Assembly: GCA_964016885.1 (NCBI GenBank)
Contig: OZ024743.1
Coordinates: 320,354,001-320,418,000 of the forward strand
Origin: Eledone cirrhosa
Lineage: Eukaryota
Direction: 5' to 3'
Length of the DNA stretch: 64,000 bases
The first letter of the stretch is position 1; each line of letters begins with the position of its first letter. A program made the position numbers and the translations under genes. The notes beneath the pieces are model-generated. The model was not told where the DNA came from, made no database searches, and saw only the letters and a list, made by a program, of their open reading frames with translations. This document shows, in pieces, positions 52,310 through 64,000 of the stretch.

Positions 52310-54150
52310 CTTCTTCTTCATCACCCACTTTTTCCTGAGAGGGTCGTAGGGTCAGAGTCCTCAAACACTCCTTCTAGCTAGTCCTGTCAGAAGCTACCGT
52401 CTCCAACTGATCCGGCTGGATCCCCAAGCGTGACCAGCCAAGCTCATGGATGTTATCTAACCATCTTAATCGGGATCTACCCCTGGGTTTCTGCCGGTTG
52501 GTTTTTTCCGTAAAATCTGTCCAGCGATTCTTACCCGAGACATTCTAACCACATGCCCATAGTATTGGAGCTGTTATCTCTCAATTCGGAGAAGTAGCGG
52601 TTCTACATATAATGAGCCTCAGATTCCTGTACTCTAAATACCCATCAGAGGAATTCTATTTCTGCCACTTGTATTCGCGATCGTATTCTTCGGTCATTAA
52701 ACAAGATACATGACCATAGGTAAGGGTTGGCACGAAAGACTAATTGAAGATAGCGAGTTTTGCTTTTACGCCTACCTCCCTTCTGAATGCTGCAGGTGGC
52801 GGATTACTACTCCAGCTTTTGCAATTCTTGCATTTAATTCAGCGTCCTGCCTTCCATCACTCGTGAACACGGCCCCGAGATACTTGAACTTCTCTACCTG
52901 CTTCAGTGAAACTCCACTCATATGTAGCGTGCAGTTTGCAGGCTTCCTCGAGTGGACGAGTGTCTCAGTTTTTGCAGCACTGATTTTAATTCCAGCCATG
53001 CAGCACTCGGCATCAAACCTATTATGTCGAACAGCTGCTGTCATGTGTGGGACGCATCCAGTTGTCAGCCGAGACAATCGTGATGATCACCCCGCCGCCT
53101 TCATTTAAGAACGAAGGAGAGACGGTTTTCCTCTGTCTGGTGGCTATGGCGAGAGAGGTAATATGGTGGACGAGGTTAAAAGGACTGAGGGCAAACACCT
53201 TTCTCTCCGGACACCAACTTATCCTTTTCTTTAAGTATCCTTCAGAAGGAAGGTGAGATGCGGAAGTCGAAGATCTGTCGAGTTATGTAGCACCATGTCG
53301 TCTGAAAATTCCATGCGACCCATTTTACAAATGCCAGACACGATACCACTTCCAAACCGGCTGCGCATACAATCCTGTTTATCTAAATAATTAACAGGAG
53401 ATTCCGATTCCGACATTGAATGGTTTCGGGAATTCATATAGAGACATCAAGACAGCAAGAAGCTGACCATCAATCCCATACTCCTGCACAAACTTCCATA
53501 GCAGGTCCCGTGGAATGTGATCATATGTCTTCCGAAGTTCGATAACACAAGAATATATATCTTGGCAATACTCCCACGATGTGTGAATATTTGGACGGCT
53601 ATGCTGCGTCCGCGGAGAAAACCACACTGTTCATCAGCTAGATTGGACTCGAGTTAAGAGAGGGGCTGAGCTGTCAAGTGATCACCATCTTGTTATCTGC
53701 AACTTGAGTACCTAAAGCCAAAGAAGCCCAGAAAACTGGCAGTTCCAGAGCGACCTCCTGGATAGAACGGGAAGCATTGGTGGAAAAGGAAATGAAGGCC
53801 AGTTATGCAGATCCAATTGCATCCAAATTCAGAGATTGTTCAGCACAGAAGTTTCTGCTTCAGCTGTTAAATCCTGCTTGCAAAAGAGGCTTGGTCTTGC
53901 GCCGATTGGCAGGAAGACTTCTTGGTTCAATGAAGAGGTTCAACATGCCATCCGAGCAAAGAAGGAGGTTTACAAAGCTTGGCTTGGCAATAAGCCCTCC
54001 TTTCACTTGCGGTATAAGCAGGCACGATAAATTGCAGCAGAGACTGTAAAAGCGTCCACAGTTAAGATATGTGGTCACTTTGGGGTTAGGCTTGAATCCG
54101 ACTTCAGATCAGCAAAAAAGTGTTCGCCATTCACCGACTTCGTAATAAGA
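52310..54150 (-). mobile_element. Fragmented RTE-clade LINE, with a Tx1-family fragment (about 53030-53260, + strand) and an inverted 5' piece
   Basis: GIKISAAKTE..LKQVEKFKYLG..ELNARIAKA; YDHIPRDLLW; (GAA)n 3' tail. The Tx1 piece CLVAMAREVIWWTRLKG matches ORF2 of 15428-17545. Confidence 0.8.
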
Positions 54151-54927
54151 AGTATCGGTGCATTGCTGATATGTTTATATAGAACAGCTATTAACATGCG
54201 CTTGACAGAAACAGCCTACGTGCCAGTTAATTTTGAAGTTTTACCGTTTGTTTTTTTATCGCGAGGAGAAGAGAGTTGATATTTTCAATCTGTTCGTACT
54301 GAGTCTTTATACTGCCAACAGCTACTCTGCAGCAAAGAATTTACGAGATGTAAAGAATCGAAAGATTTGAAGCCTGAGATATTTCTCGCTGTCAGAAACT
54401 TATGAACGTCTTCAAATTATGTGGATGTTGGCTGCTGGCAAAACTTAGAAGACATACATTTTGAGTGTCAGCCTAATTCAGGGTTTGTGATATGTGTACT
54501 TATTAATGCCTACGTGATTCGCGAAATTTACTTGATAATTTCCAGTGGTTATTAATGTTGTAATTAACGTTCTGTTTATTTTTTTGCTATTTCTATTGTT
54601 ATTTATTCGAAGTAATATCATCGCTGACATTGTATGTCATCGCGTATTGTACCCATATAATCGATGCTATTTCTATCTAATATAAGAAACCATTATCAGC
54701 ATTAGAGTGAATGTTGATATTACTAGTATTTCCAGAAACACTTGTTTTTAATAATATACATAGAACCTTCACAAAACGTATCTGTGAGTACTAATGTTTT
54801 TAATAATAGTAGTAACAACATTAGTAGCAACAGATACAAGTTTATGTGAAGGATATATGCATATCTCCATGTGTTTTTGCCATGTTAGACTCTCTAATAT
54901 CTGTCACTCTCTCTCTCTCTATTCATC

Positions 54928-54964
<37 letters not shown>

Positions 54965-55080
54965 ATATATAAATATATATATATATATAACGAAGGAAAT
55001 GTGGTAAGGAGCCAGGAGGACCATAACGCACCAAGTACTCAATACTTAGGGTAGTAGAGTGGGTAATAGGAACGAGTAGG

Positions 55081-55176
55081 ACCCCGATGGCTGAGCTCAA
55101 GCCATTTCGACGGCTAATTCTGTTCTAAATGAAAATGTTTATCCTGTTACATGAATAGCCGAGCTTCTCAGGGGGT
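55081..55176 (-). ncRNA. Hammerhead-like fold (core CUGAGAA), left arm
   Basis: Minus strand reads acccc CTGAGAA g..cggcta..tagccg tc GAAA tggct-tgagctc-agcca TC ggggt. Confidence 0.5.
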
Positions 55177-56868
55177 AATTCCATATATGGTAAAATTAAT
55201 TGTCACAAGGATTGGTCAAAAGTTTGTTGTTGAGACACATAATTCTATCATGGCAATTTGTGGTGGGATGGGTAGCTGAACCTACAAGTAGAAGAAAGAG
55301 GGAGAGGGAGTGGAGGAAACCCAGTCGTGCGTTGATAGTGCCAACTACAGCAGAGCAGGAGGTCAAGCAAGTATACTAGGGATAGGGGGGGAGTCGAAAC
55401 AATAAGTAAATCAATATGGAGTAAATATATAGAAGAATACCAAGAATGTTAAAAATATAAAAAAACAATTTCTGGTTACTATTCCCTAACGACAGTCATG
55501 AAGTCTCTCACTGGTACTGCTAAACTATAGAAAAGTTTACTAGGTGGGACAGAATTGTAATGAGACCATCTTAAGAGTTAGTAGTAATCAACCGAGTATA
55601 TCTTACGGTGACAGGTCAACAAATGGGGGGCCAACATACTAAAGAAACTACCACGAAATAATAATTCAGAGTCCCGAAACTAATACGAAATAAATGTTTC
55701 TACCACTGGCACAAGGCCAGCAACCACCCAGTGCAAAAGCTAAACTAATACGAAATAATAATTCAGAATCCCGAAAATGAATACTAATACTATCTCTAAG
55801 GGTGCCGCTACGATACAAAAATTCTATTGCAAACTACATAAATGCTCGTACGAGGTATATGAAAAATTTGATACGGAAAATAATTCAGAATCCCCCCCCC
55901 CCCACACTTCAAAAAAAAAAAATACTGATATACGACAAATTAAAGCAGAGATACCCCCACCCCATCCCCTATTCTATGATAGAATTGGCCGTCTCCGCTT
56001 TTTATAGCAGATGTGATAGGCCCCAGATACTTGCTTTCTTATCCGATGGCTGCCCCATTTCCGTGCTTTCTACATTTCTTAGTGGTATCTCTGCTTTAAT
56101 TTCTCGTATATCAGTATTTACTTTTTTTTTTGAAGGGGGGGGGGGGGATTCTGAAATAATATTCCGTATCAAATTTTTCATATACCTCGTACGAGCATTT
56201 ATGTAGTTTGCAATAGAATTTTTGTATCGTAGCGCCACCCTTAAACATAGTATTATTATTTGTTTTCGGGATTCTGAATTATTATTTCGTATTAGTTTAT
56301 TTTTTGCACTGGGTGGTTGCTGGCCTTGTACCTAGGGTAGAAACATTTATTTCGTATTAGTTTCGGGACTCTGAATTATTATTTCGTGGTAGTTTATATA
56401 GTATTTTGGCCCCCCACTTGTTGACCTGTCACCATAAGATATACTCGGTTGATTACTACTAACTCTTAAGATGGTCTCATTACAATTCCGTCCTACCTAG
56501 TAAACTTTTCTATAGTTTAGCAGTACCAGTGAGAGACTTATTGAACTGTCGTTAGGGAATAGCAACCAGAAATTGTTTTTTTATATTTTTAACATTCTTG
56601 GTATTCTTCTATATATTTACTCCATATTGATTTACTTATTGTTTCGACTCCCCCCCCCTATCCCTAGTATACTTGCTTGACCTCCTGCTCTGCTGTAGTT
56701 GGCACCATCAACGCACGACTGGGTTTCCTCCACTCCCTCTCCCTCTTTCTTCTACTGGCAGGTTCAGCTACCCATTCCTTCCACAAATTGCACTGATAGA
56801 ATTATGTGTCTCAACAACAAAATTTTGACAAATCCTTGTGACAATCACTTTTACCACATATGGAAATT

Positions 56869-56964
56869 ACCCCCTGAGAAGCTAGGCTATTCATATACCG
56901 GGATAAAAATGTTAATTTAGTCCAGAATTAGCCGTCGAAACGGCTTGAGCTCAGCCGTCGGGGT
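56869..56964 (+). ncRNA. Hammerhead-like fold (core CUGAGAA), right arm
   Basis: acccc CTGAGAA ..ggcta..tagcc gtc GAAA cggct-tgagctc-agccg TC ggggt. Confidence 0.55.
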
Positions 56965-56974
56965 CCTACTCGTT

Positions 56975-57051
<77 letters not shown>

Positions 57052-57407
57052 GGGATAACAAATTATCGTTATATGTAGTCCACTTAGATGTAGTCCAGTT
57101 AGGGTACTCCGAGTAGTGGATAGTATTAACGCTTGGCTAAGTTTGACTCAACAAGACGTTTCAATAGTGATGCTGCGAGTACGCGGTGATTTCTATGTAG
57201 TTTACACTTGGAGTAATAATAGATCAAAAGAGAAGAGTGACATGGTTTGCTATACAATAAGGGCTCCATTCACATCGCTGACAATTGTTTCTCTGAACTG
57301 GTAGGTCTAGAGATCGCTATCCGCCTGTTTTTGCGTCAATCGATCACTAATTCTTTATTATAACCAGTCAATTCTTCTTTCTTGATTTATATATATATAT
57401 GTATATA

Positions 57408-57487
<80 letters not shown>

Positions 57488-57565
57488 TATATAAATGAAA
57501 GGTATAGTAAACATTGTAGCAGAAGCCAACAGTATTCCATAATATATAATATATATATATATATA

Positions 57566-57646
<81 letters not shown>

Positions 57647-57719
57647 TAAATGAAAGGTATAGTAAACATTGTAGCAAAAGCCAACAGTATTCCATAATAT
57701 ATAATATATATATATATAT

Positions 57720-57750
<31 letters not shown>

Positions 57751-57894
57751 CTATATCCTGTATAACTATACATTATTTTGTCAGAGAATTTATGACAGGG
57801 AAAGTCGTTATACATAAACATTTTGTGCATTCAATTCAATATATCAAGGTGAAGGCATATATAAGTAAATAATTAATTATTATATTCTTCTTAC

Positions 57895-58005
57895 CAACAG
57901 AACAATTTTTCCCAGAGAATCCACCCTTACATAAGCAAGAGTATGTTTTGCCGCTGTTTTTACAAACTCCTCCATTTTGGCATGGTTTCGTGTCACAGGG
58001 TTCAA
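57895..58005 (-). CDS. Host gene exon: EGF-like domain
   Basis: ttgcag acceptor and gtaaga donor. Translates VEPCDTKPCQNGGVCKNSGKTYSCLCKGGFSGKNCSV. 111 bp, phase 1-1. Confidence 0.92.
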
Positions 58006-58220
58006 CTGCAAATCAATATTTAAATAGATATTAAATATACTAATCATCAGTTATCAATAAATGCATCGACTGAAAATGATCCTAATTTTTACAAACAAAT
58101 AAAATACGTCCTTGTGAAGAAATTTAACAAATAGAAGAGTGAATCGCAATAAATTAAAAGTTAATGTTTTAAACTAGTTTAAACTAGTTTTAAATAGTTC
58201 TTAAGATTATCTTGAATTCC

Positions 58221-58221
<1 letters not shown>

Positions 58222-58312
<91 letters not shown>

Positions 58313-58320
58313 TAGTTGTT
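58222..58320. repeat. (GTA)n microsatellite
   Basis: Visible directly. Confidence 0.95.
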
Positions 58321-58798
58321 GTTAATAATGGGTTATTTCCCATTGTTATGTAGTGCAATATCTAATAATGGAACTATATGCTGGTGACAAAGCATTAAAT
58401 GTATCATCATAATCCGGGCTTTTTGATATGTGTACTTATTATCACCTATATGATTATTGACGATTTATTTGATAATTTCTTGTGGTTATTTATATTCTAT
58501 GTATTAATCCATGTTTTTTGCTAATCCTGTTATTGAAAATTATAATACAACCACGAGTTTCATGGATGACTTTCTATGTCATCATTTACACGATAACAAT
58601 GAATCTAATATAAGAAACCATCATTATCATTAGAGTGGATTGGCAGTATCGGTAGAGGGTCGGACGCCATGCTTTGCAGCAAAAAGATACGGCTCTTTAT
58701 GGTGTGATTTCAAATCCTTGCACCTAAACCAGAAACCATTATATTTATTAAGGCTTAGACATAAGTATGTCAATAATTAATTGTTATATTCTACTTAT

Positions 58799-58912
58799 CA
58801 ACAGTACAATCTGTCCCTGACAATACAGCCATACAATAGCAACTGTAAATTTTGCCGTTGTTGGTACAAACACCTCAATTTTGGCATGGTTTCTTGCCAC
58901 ACGGATCAACAC
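58799..58912 (-). pseudogene. Dead duplicate EGF exon
   Basis: Translates VDPCGKKPCQN*GVCTNNGKIYSCYCMAVLSGTDCTV. TGA at 58875-58877, and the donor is mutated to ATAAGT. Confidence 0.85.
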
Positions 58913-59028
58913 CTTCAAATCAACATTTAAATAGATATTAAATAATCTAATCATTAGTTAACAATAGCTGTGTTGTGTCAAAATTACACATTATAGAGAA
59001 AGTTAATATTTCGAGTATTTCTAGAAAA

Positions 59029-59490
59029 TGTATGCTTAATTAAAAGCATTTTGAAGACCATACGTTATTGTTTTAAAATAGTGACATTGTCACTATTTTA
59101 AAACAATAGCGTATGATCTTCAAAATGTTTTAATTAAGCATACATTGTATTGCAAAATACACTATATATACATTCATATATATATCGCTATTTCAGAGCA
59201 CCAATTCTAATTTTCAATTTCTGCTGGGCCGGCGACTGCTCTGTATAATCAGTTCTTGATTATTACTGGAATTCTATAAGAATCCAACACACATAGTTTT
59301 CAGCAAACAAGTTGAGTAGTGAGCTTTGATAAGTACCAAAAAGTACGAAACAGAGCTCTGTCAGTTTATCTCCCCTGTTTGCGGAAAATTTAAATAAGTG
59401 ACATAGTCAGTATTTTAAAGCAATAGCGTATGGTCTTCAAAATGATTTTAATTAAGCATACATTGTATTACGAAATACACTATATATATA

Positions 59491-59495
<5 letters not shown>
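59029..59495 (+). mobile_element. PLE pLTR-like unit: 5' fold-back, direct repeat and hammerhead
   Basis: Hairpin at 59029-59143. 59089-59185 is repeated at about 59405-59500. Ends in (TA)n. Confidence 0.7.
59321..59367 (+). ncRNA. Hammerhead fold, U3-A8 core variant
   Basis: gagct TTGATAA gtac-caaaaa-gtac GAAA cagagctctg TC agttt, with a GUC triplet at 59360-59362. Confidence 0.72.
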
Positions 59496-59551
<56 letters not shown>

Positions 59552-59585
59552 AGATTTGAATGGATACAGTTTAGTAGAAAGGAAT

Positions 59586-59705
59586 TTATTGACACGTGTT
59601 TCTATAGCAGTTACATAACCTAAAACAGCTGCTATCTACAAACTTTTAGTTATGCAGACATTCAATATTTCAATGTTATTATTTACTGTCATTTCATCAG
59701 AATAA
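59586..59705 (-). ncRNA. Hammerhead fold with an extended stem II
   Basis: Minus strand reads ttatt CTGATGA ...(about 90 nt)... GAAA cacgtg TC aataa. Lies downstream of a GIY-YIG tail (QRIIKESHFIAKSESPLN, about 60525-60600, minus strand). Confidence 0.6.
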
Positions 59706-61721
59706 TATTACTGAGGACCTATTTCGTTTTTATAGAGAATATTAGGAGGGAGGGGTGAAGTTGTTAGAAGAATAGTTGAAGGAGTGGTTTTTCGATAGCA
59801 GTGAGAATTCTTGGTGGCAGTGAGTAATTAGATTCCCATCTGTTGTTTTGACATTTTTTATAGAATATATTATTGGTTATTTTTCTAAATCTATAGAAGG
59901 ATTAGAGATAGTAAAGATATGCGTGGTTGGTTTTGTGTTTGCACTTAATTAACATTCAGACTTAAATTTTTCTTTCAAGTATATATATATATACATGGAA
60001 TGTATAGAAGTGACACACGAGTTGATATACATAAAAAATAGTAATAAAGGAAAATGAACAGTAGAAAATACTAAAAGGATTCTGTCTCAGAATAACATCA
60101 AAACATTTATTAACAAAATAGGGATTTCCGCATTTAATTGTACCGGTTTCAGCATATATGCTTTCTCAACGAGGGAGGGTCATGGGATAGGTGTGGTAGT
60201 AATACCAGGGCTATGGTAAGGAAGGGGAAGACGGAGAAGGGGTGGATGAATCAGAAGGGGACGACAGGAAGGTGTAGTAGTAATAGTATCACAATTAATA
60301 AGGGTAATGGGAGCTGTCCGTGGGGTTGACTTAAATGATTGAGTGACCTTAGAGTTGACTGAGGAACTAATTGTTTCTAAAAATATATATATTGATATTT
60401 CTGTCTGTAATGCTGTCATTCTTAAATTGACCTGCAGTGTGAATGTTTCAAAGAGATCTTCCTTAATTTGTGCAAGGTGCTAATTTTAAAGTGTGCCAGC
60501 TGCAATTTCGTTTGAAATAGATGCATTTAGAGGGGATTCGGATTTAGCGATAAAATGTGATTCCTTGATAATGCGCTGGGTGTAGAAAGCGTTGTCTTTA
60601 AATTTGTAGAGGGGAAAATTCTGCTATGTCAAAAACCTTATTAAAAGAAACACTATTGCAACTGTACTACACCAGCCCCTTACCTTCATGTCTTCCTATC
60701 ACACAGGTTACCCCGATAAGAAATACAATATCTCATATTCATCGAATTAAACGAATCTAGAATTCGTTTGCAGCTTAGCTATATTGAAACGTTCATTGAG
60801 CCAAGATTAGAAGAACCATGTAAATTATCCTAATGAGACGTAAAACAAAATATTGACAAAACAATAAAGAAAATTAAATGTTGTCGTGAACATGCACAGT
60901 GTCCCTGTATTGATTATTTGCGGGTTTCTGTAGAGGGGGCTATTATCATAGGCTAGACGAACGTGTGTAATTTTTCCCTTGATTCTGAAATGTTCACGTC
61001 TGTTTTACTTGGGCAAGGAGTTCAGTTAACTATTTTCCTGTTTCCTCCATGGCAAGCCATTGGGGAAAGAGCATAAGACTAAAATATAAGACTACGATGA
61101 TCTCCATATAACAATACCTACCTTATAATACATTTTAATAATAATAGTATTGATATTATTGCATGTAATAGTCTTAGTACCTGTTACAAGGATTTTAACT
61201 CTAAACAGCTCAAATATATTTAAAACACAAAGACTAAGACATATGAAACAACAATGTGTTGATGATATGCCGCAACATTTCAGCCGCAACATTTAACAGC
61301 TGAATTAGAAACTACCGAGCTAAACAGTCACTACTCTGTTTCAACAAACACCGCTTTACTCAGTTCTCTGAATTTTTATGCAATAGTATCCGCATAACTG
61401 TTCCTTATTTTCTTATCCGTCAACATTTGCCACTTAATTCTGTAGACGACTTAAAGCTGCCAGATCTGTGGGCTCTCTTGACATTAGTTAGTCTCAAGTT
61501 ACAAATAACTAGATGGTGATCAATTAACAGTTCAGCCTCTCTCTTAATATGAACAACCAGCAGAGAATCGAAAAGATCAGAGTCAATAACAACATTTTTT
61601 ATTTCTATCTCCGATTCCTTTCATACCATGTATATTTATGGATGACTGATTGAAGAAGGTGTTCATATTTGAGAGCCAAATACTAGAAAAGAAGTCTAGT
61701 AAGGCATAATTAGAATAATTA

Positions 61722-62154
61722 ATTAATCAGAGCTATTTATCAAATTAAAAATACGAGTAAATAATAGAGAAAAATATACCGAATTGCATCGCTGGCCGGG
61801 CAGCCTCAGTATCGATTATGTGTTTATAATATGCCGTAACCCTGTAGGGATTACTGAACTAAATCTTTTACATCTTTTATGTTCTTTACATCTGATGACG
61901 CCGCCAATTGTGTTGCGTCATGGTCTGATCAAACTAAAAATGCGAGGAAATATTAGACAAAAATATGCCTATTTTTTCTTCAAAATCCTGACTGCAGTTT
62001 CGCCAAATTGCTTTGCTGCATAGATGCACTATAGAAGTGAATGATTACTGCAAAGCAATTTGGCGAAACTGCAGTCTGGACTGTGAAGAAAAATAGGTAT
62101 ATTTTTCTCTATTATTTACTCGCATTTTTAGTTTGATAAATAGCTCTGATTAAT
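61722..62154. mobile_element. MITE-like element with nested inverted repeats
   Basis: tcagagctatttatcaaa..aaaaatatacc (61728-61780) is inverted at 62096-62149. An inner palindrome pairs about 61930-62020 with 62048-62140. Confidence 0.6.
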
Positions 62155-62265
62155 TGATTATTTTAACTCTTTCGGTCATTGAGCAAAACTGGTCAACGCC
62201 GGAGCCGTACACACATATACTAGTGCATCTTTCTGTGAATCTCATTACTATTAGTATATATATGT

Positions 62266-62318
<53 letters not shown>

Positions 62319-62807
62319 TGTGTGTATGTGTGCGCGTGTATATGCATTTAAAAAATTATATTTTCGTAACGTTGTATGAGAAATATTTCACACGCCAAAA
62401 TATATTACAAAATACACTTAGTCAATTTTCAGGAACACTTGTTTCTAGAAGTAAAGCTGTAATGAATCTGAAGGTGCCTGGCCATCAACATCGTTTGTGC
62501 AGTCGAGAAAATATTAAAGGTATGGCATTTAACTAATTACAGGATCGGAAGACCACTTAGTTTGCATATCATCATCATTTATTCATTGATTAATTGAATA
62601 CGTTAAGAGTTCAACGAAGACTATAATTGATTAACCATAATTAAAACCCATGTTAATACTTCAAGGATTATGAGAAGTTCTCTTCTAGTACCCCATATCC
62701 TTCATACGGCTGTACATCCTAATTTCGGGTTATGCAAAGATATGAAGGGAAAATTTATAGATTTTCAAGTAAGTGCTCAAAATATCGATACATAATTTCG
62801 TACATAC

Positions 62808-63374
62808 CTCCACAAGTTTTTTCAACCAATTCCTTTTCGATTGATTTTAGAACATCAAAGTTGTCGACTGAAAATACATATTCCCTGCTTGGCGAGCTAC
62901 CAATCGTATTTAACTCAGCTTTTTCAATACCTTTGCCGATTCCAATAGCAAAAACTATCGTGTTCTCTTTTCGTAATTTCCTTGCTGCCTCAGCTGTTAA
63001 GGTTGCATTTTTAGATTTTCCATCAGTTATAACGATAGCAATATTCGGGGCATTTTGTCTATCTCCATTGCTTGCCTTAAAAGCACTAGTTCTCAAGTAA
63101 TTAAGAACCTTGTGCGTGTAAGTACTTCCTTTCTTGTAAGGTATTCTATCGATAGCTTTTATTATGTCGTTCTTCGTATAATATTTCTTCAGGTAAAACA
63201 CATTTGTGGGATTGTAATTGAATTTTACGACTCCAACACGAATGCTGTCGCGACCGATGTCAAAAGAACTCACTATGTCTTTAACAAAATTCCTCATTTT
63301 TTTAAAGTTGTGGAGTTTAACACTACCGGATTCATCCAGCACGAACACAACATCAGCAACTGCGTTATTACAAG
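62808..63374 (-). CDS. Host gene exon: von Willebrand factor A domain (matrilin/collagen type)
   Basis: ttttag acceptor and gtatgt donor. ADVVFVLDESGSV (MIDAS DxSxS), TYT, IVITDGKS, FAIGIG. 567 bp, phase 1-1. Confidence 0.93.
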
Positions 63375-63671
63375 CTAAAAGTAAAACAAAATATTGCCAA
63401 GACATGAAAAAAACACGATAGTAAAGTTTACATCATTTAGAAAGTAAGATTATAAGTAGCTTTATATTAATATATATGATTGTATATATTTTATTGTAAT
63501 TCATACTATCGTAGAAGATTACGGCAATGTCTATTAAGCAATTATTCTTAAGTATCATTATGATTATAGGGATATTACTGCTGTAAGTGTGGATGGGTGC
63601 TATGGTGACATCAGTAGAACGTCGGACAAAATGCCTTATATGTTATGTTTTCAAATTCTGCTGAGGTCGAT

Positions 63672-64000
63672 TCGGTTGTAAACCTTGCATTTTCAGATTT
63701 TCCCTTGTATATAATGATTGCAATATTCAGGACACTTAGCATATCTACGAATCATGGATTAAAATATTTTCTCAAGTAACCAAGAACCTTGTGTGTGTAG
63801 GCACTTCCAATTTGTATGTTATTCTACCGATAACCCTCCTAATATCTCATTGACTTAATATTTATGTTGGTTAAACTTCACTTTGGTTTGGAAACTGAAT
63901 GACAGGGCTCCGACTCTAACGCTGTTTTGATTAATATTAAAGATGTTTCCTATCGTCTTTACGAATGACTTTCCTTTCTCTAATTTTATCATAATTTCAG
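63672..64000 (-). pseudogene. Degenerate duplicate vWA exon
   Basis: SFVKTIGNIFNINQNSVRVGALSF..KY*, then after a frameshift GSAYTHKVLGYLRKYFNP*..NIAIIIYKGKSENARFT. Truncated by a SINE fragment near 63575-63670. Confidence 0.8.

Larger units (their letters stand above)
55066..56978. repeat. Palindrome of about 1.9 kb (arms about 890 bp, spacer about 130 bp)
   Basis: 55066-55952 is the reverse complement of 56082-56978 with scattered mismatches. Flanked by (TA)n. Confidence 0.95.

Overview
AT-rich, microsatellite-rich eukaryotic (animal) genomic DNA. The SINE/LINE content suggests an octopus-like cephalopod, which is an inference. One host gene runs on the minus strand, with its 5' part outside the window. 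It encodes an extracellular zonadhesin/IgGFc-binding-protein-like mosaic: vWA - EGF - Pro microexon - VWD(GDPH) - C8 - TIL - TILa/EGF - microexons - PAN - PAN - short terminal exon (63374 to 10948), with dead duplicate vWA and EGF exons nearby. Its predicted last intron (about 18.3 kb) is almost entirely a head-to-tail stack of (AAT)n-associated R4/Dong-like retrotransposons, one full-length Tx1/L1-like element and a tRNA-derived SINE. The rest is TE relics: Penelope-like elements (PLEs), a Hero-like LINE split by a hAT transposon with intact TIRs and TSD (which itself carries a MULE-like MITE filled with telomeric repeats), two non-autonomous Helitrons, RTE fragments and SINEs. The least annotated signal is about 13 hammerhead-ribozyme folds. 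They sit in short direct or inverted repeat units inside (TA)n arrays and include U3-A8 core variants and long-stem variants. All folds and exon boundaries were read by eye, and coordinates may be off by a few bases.
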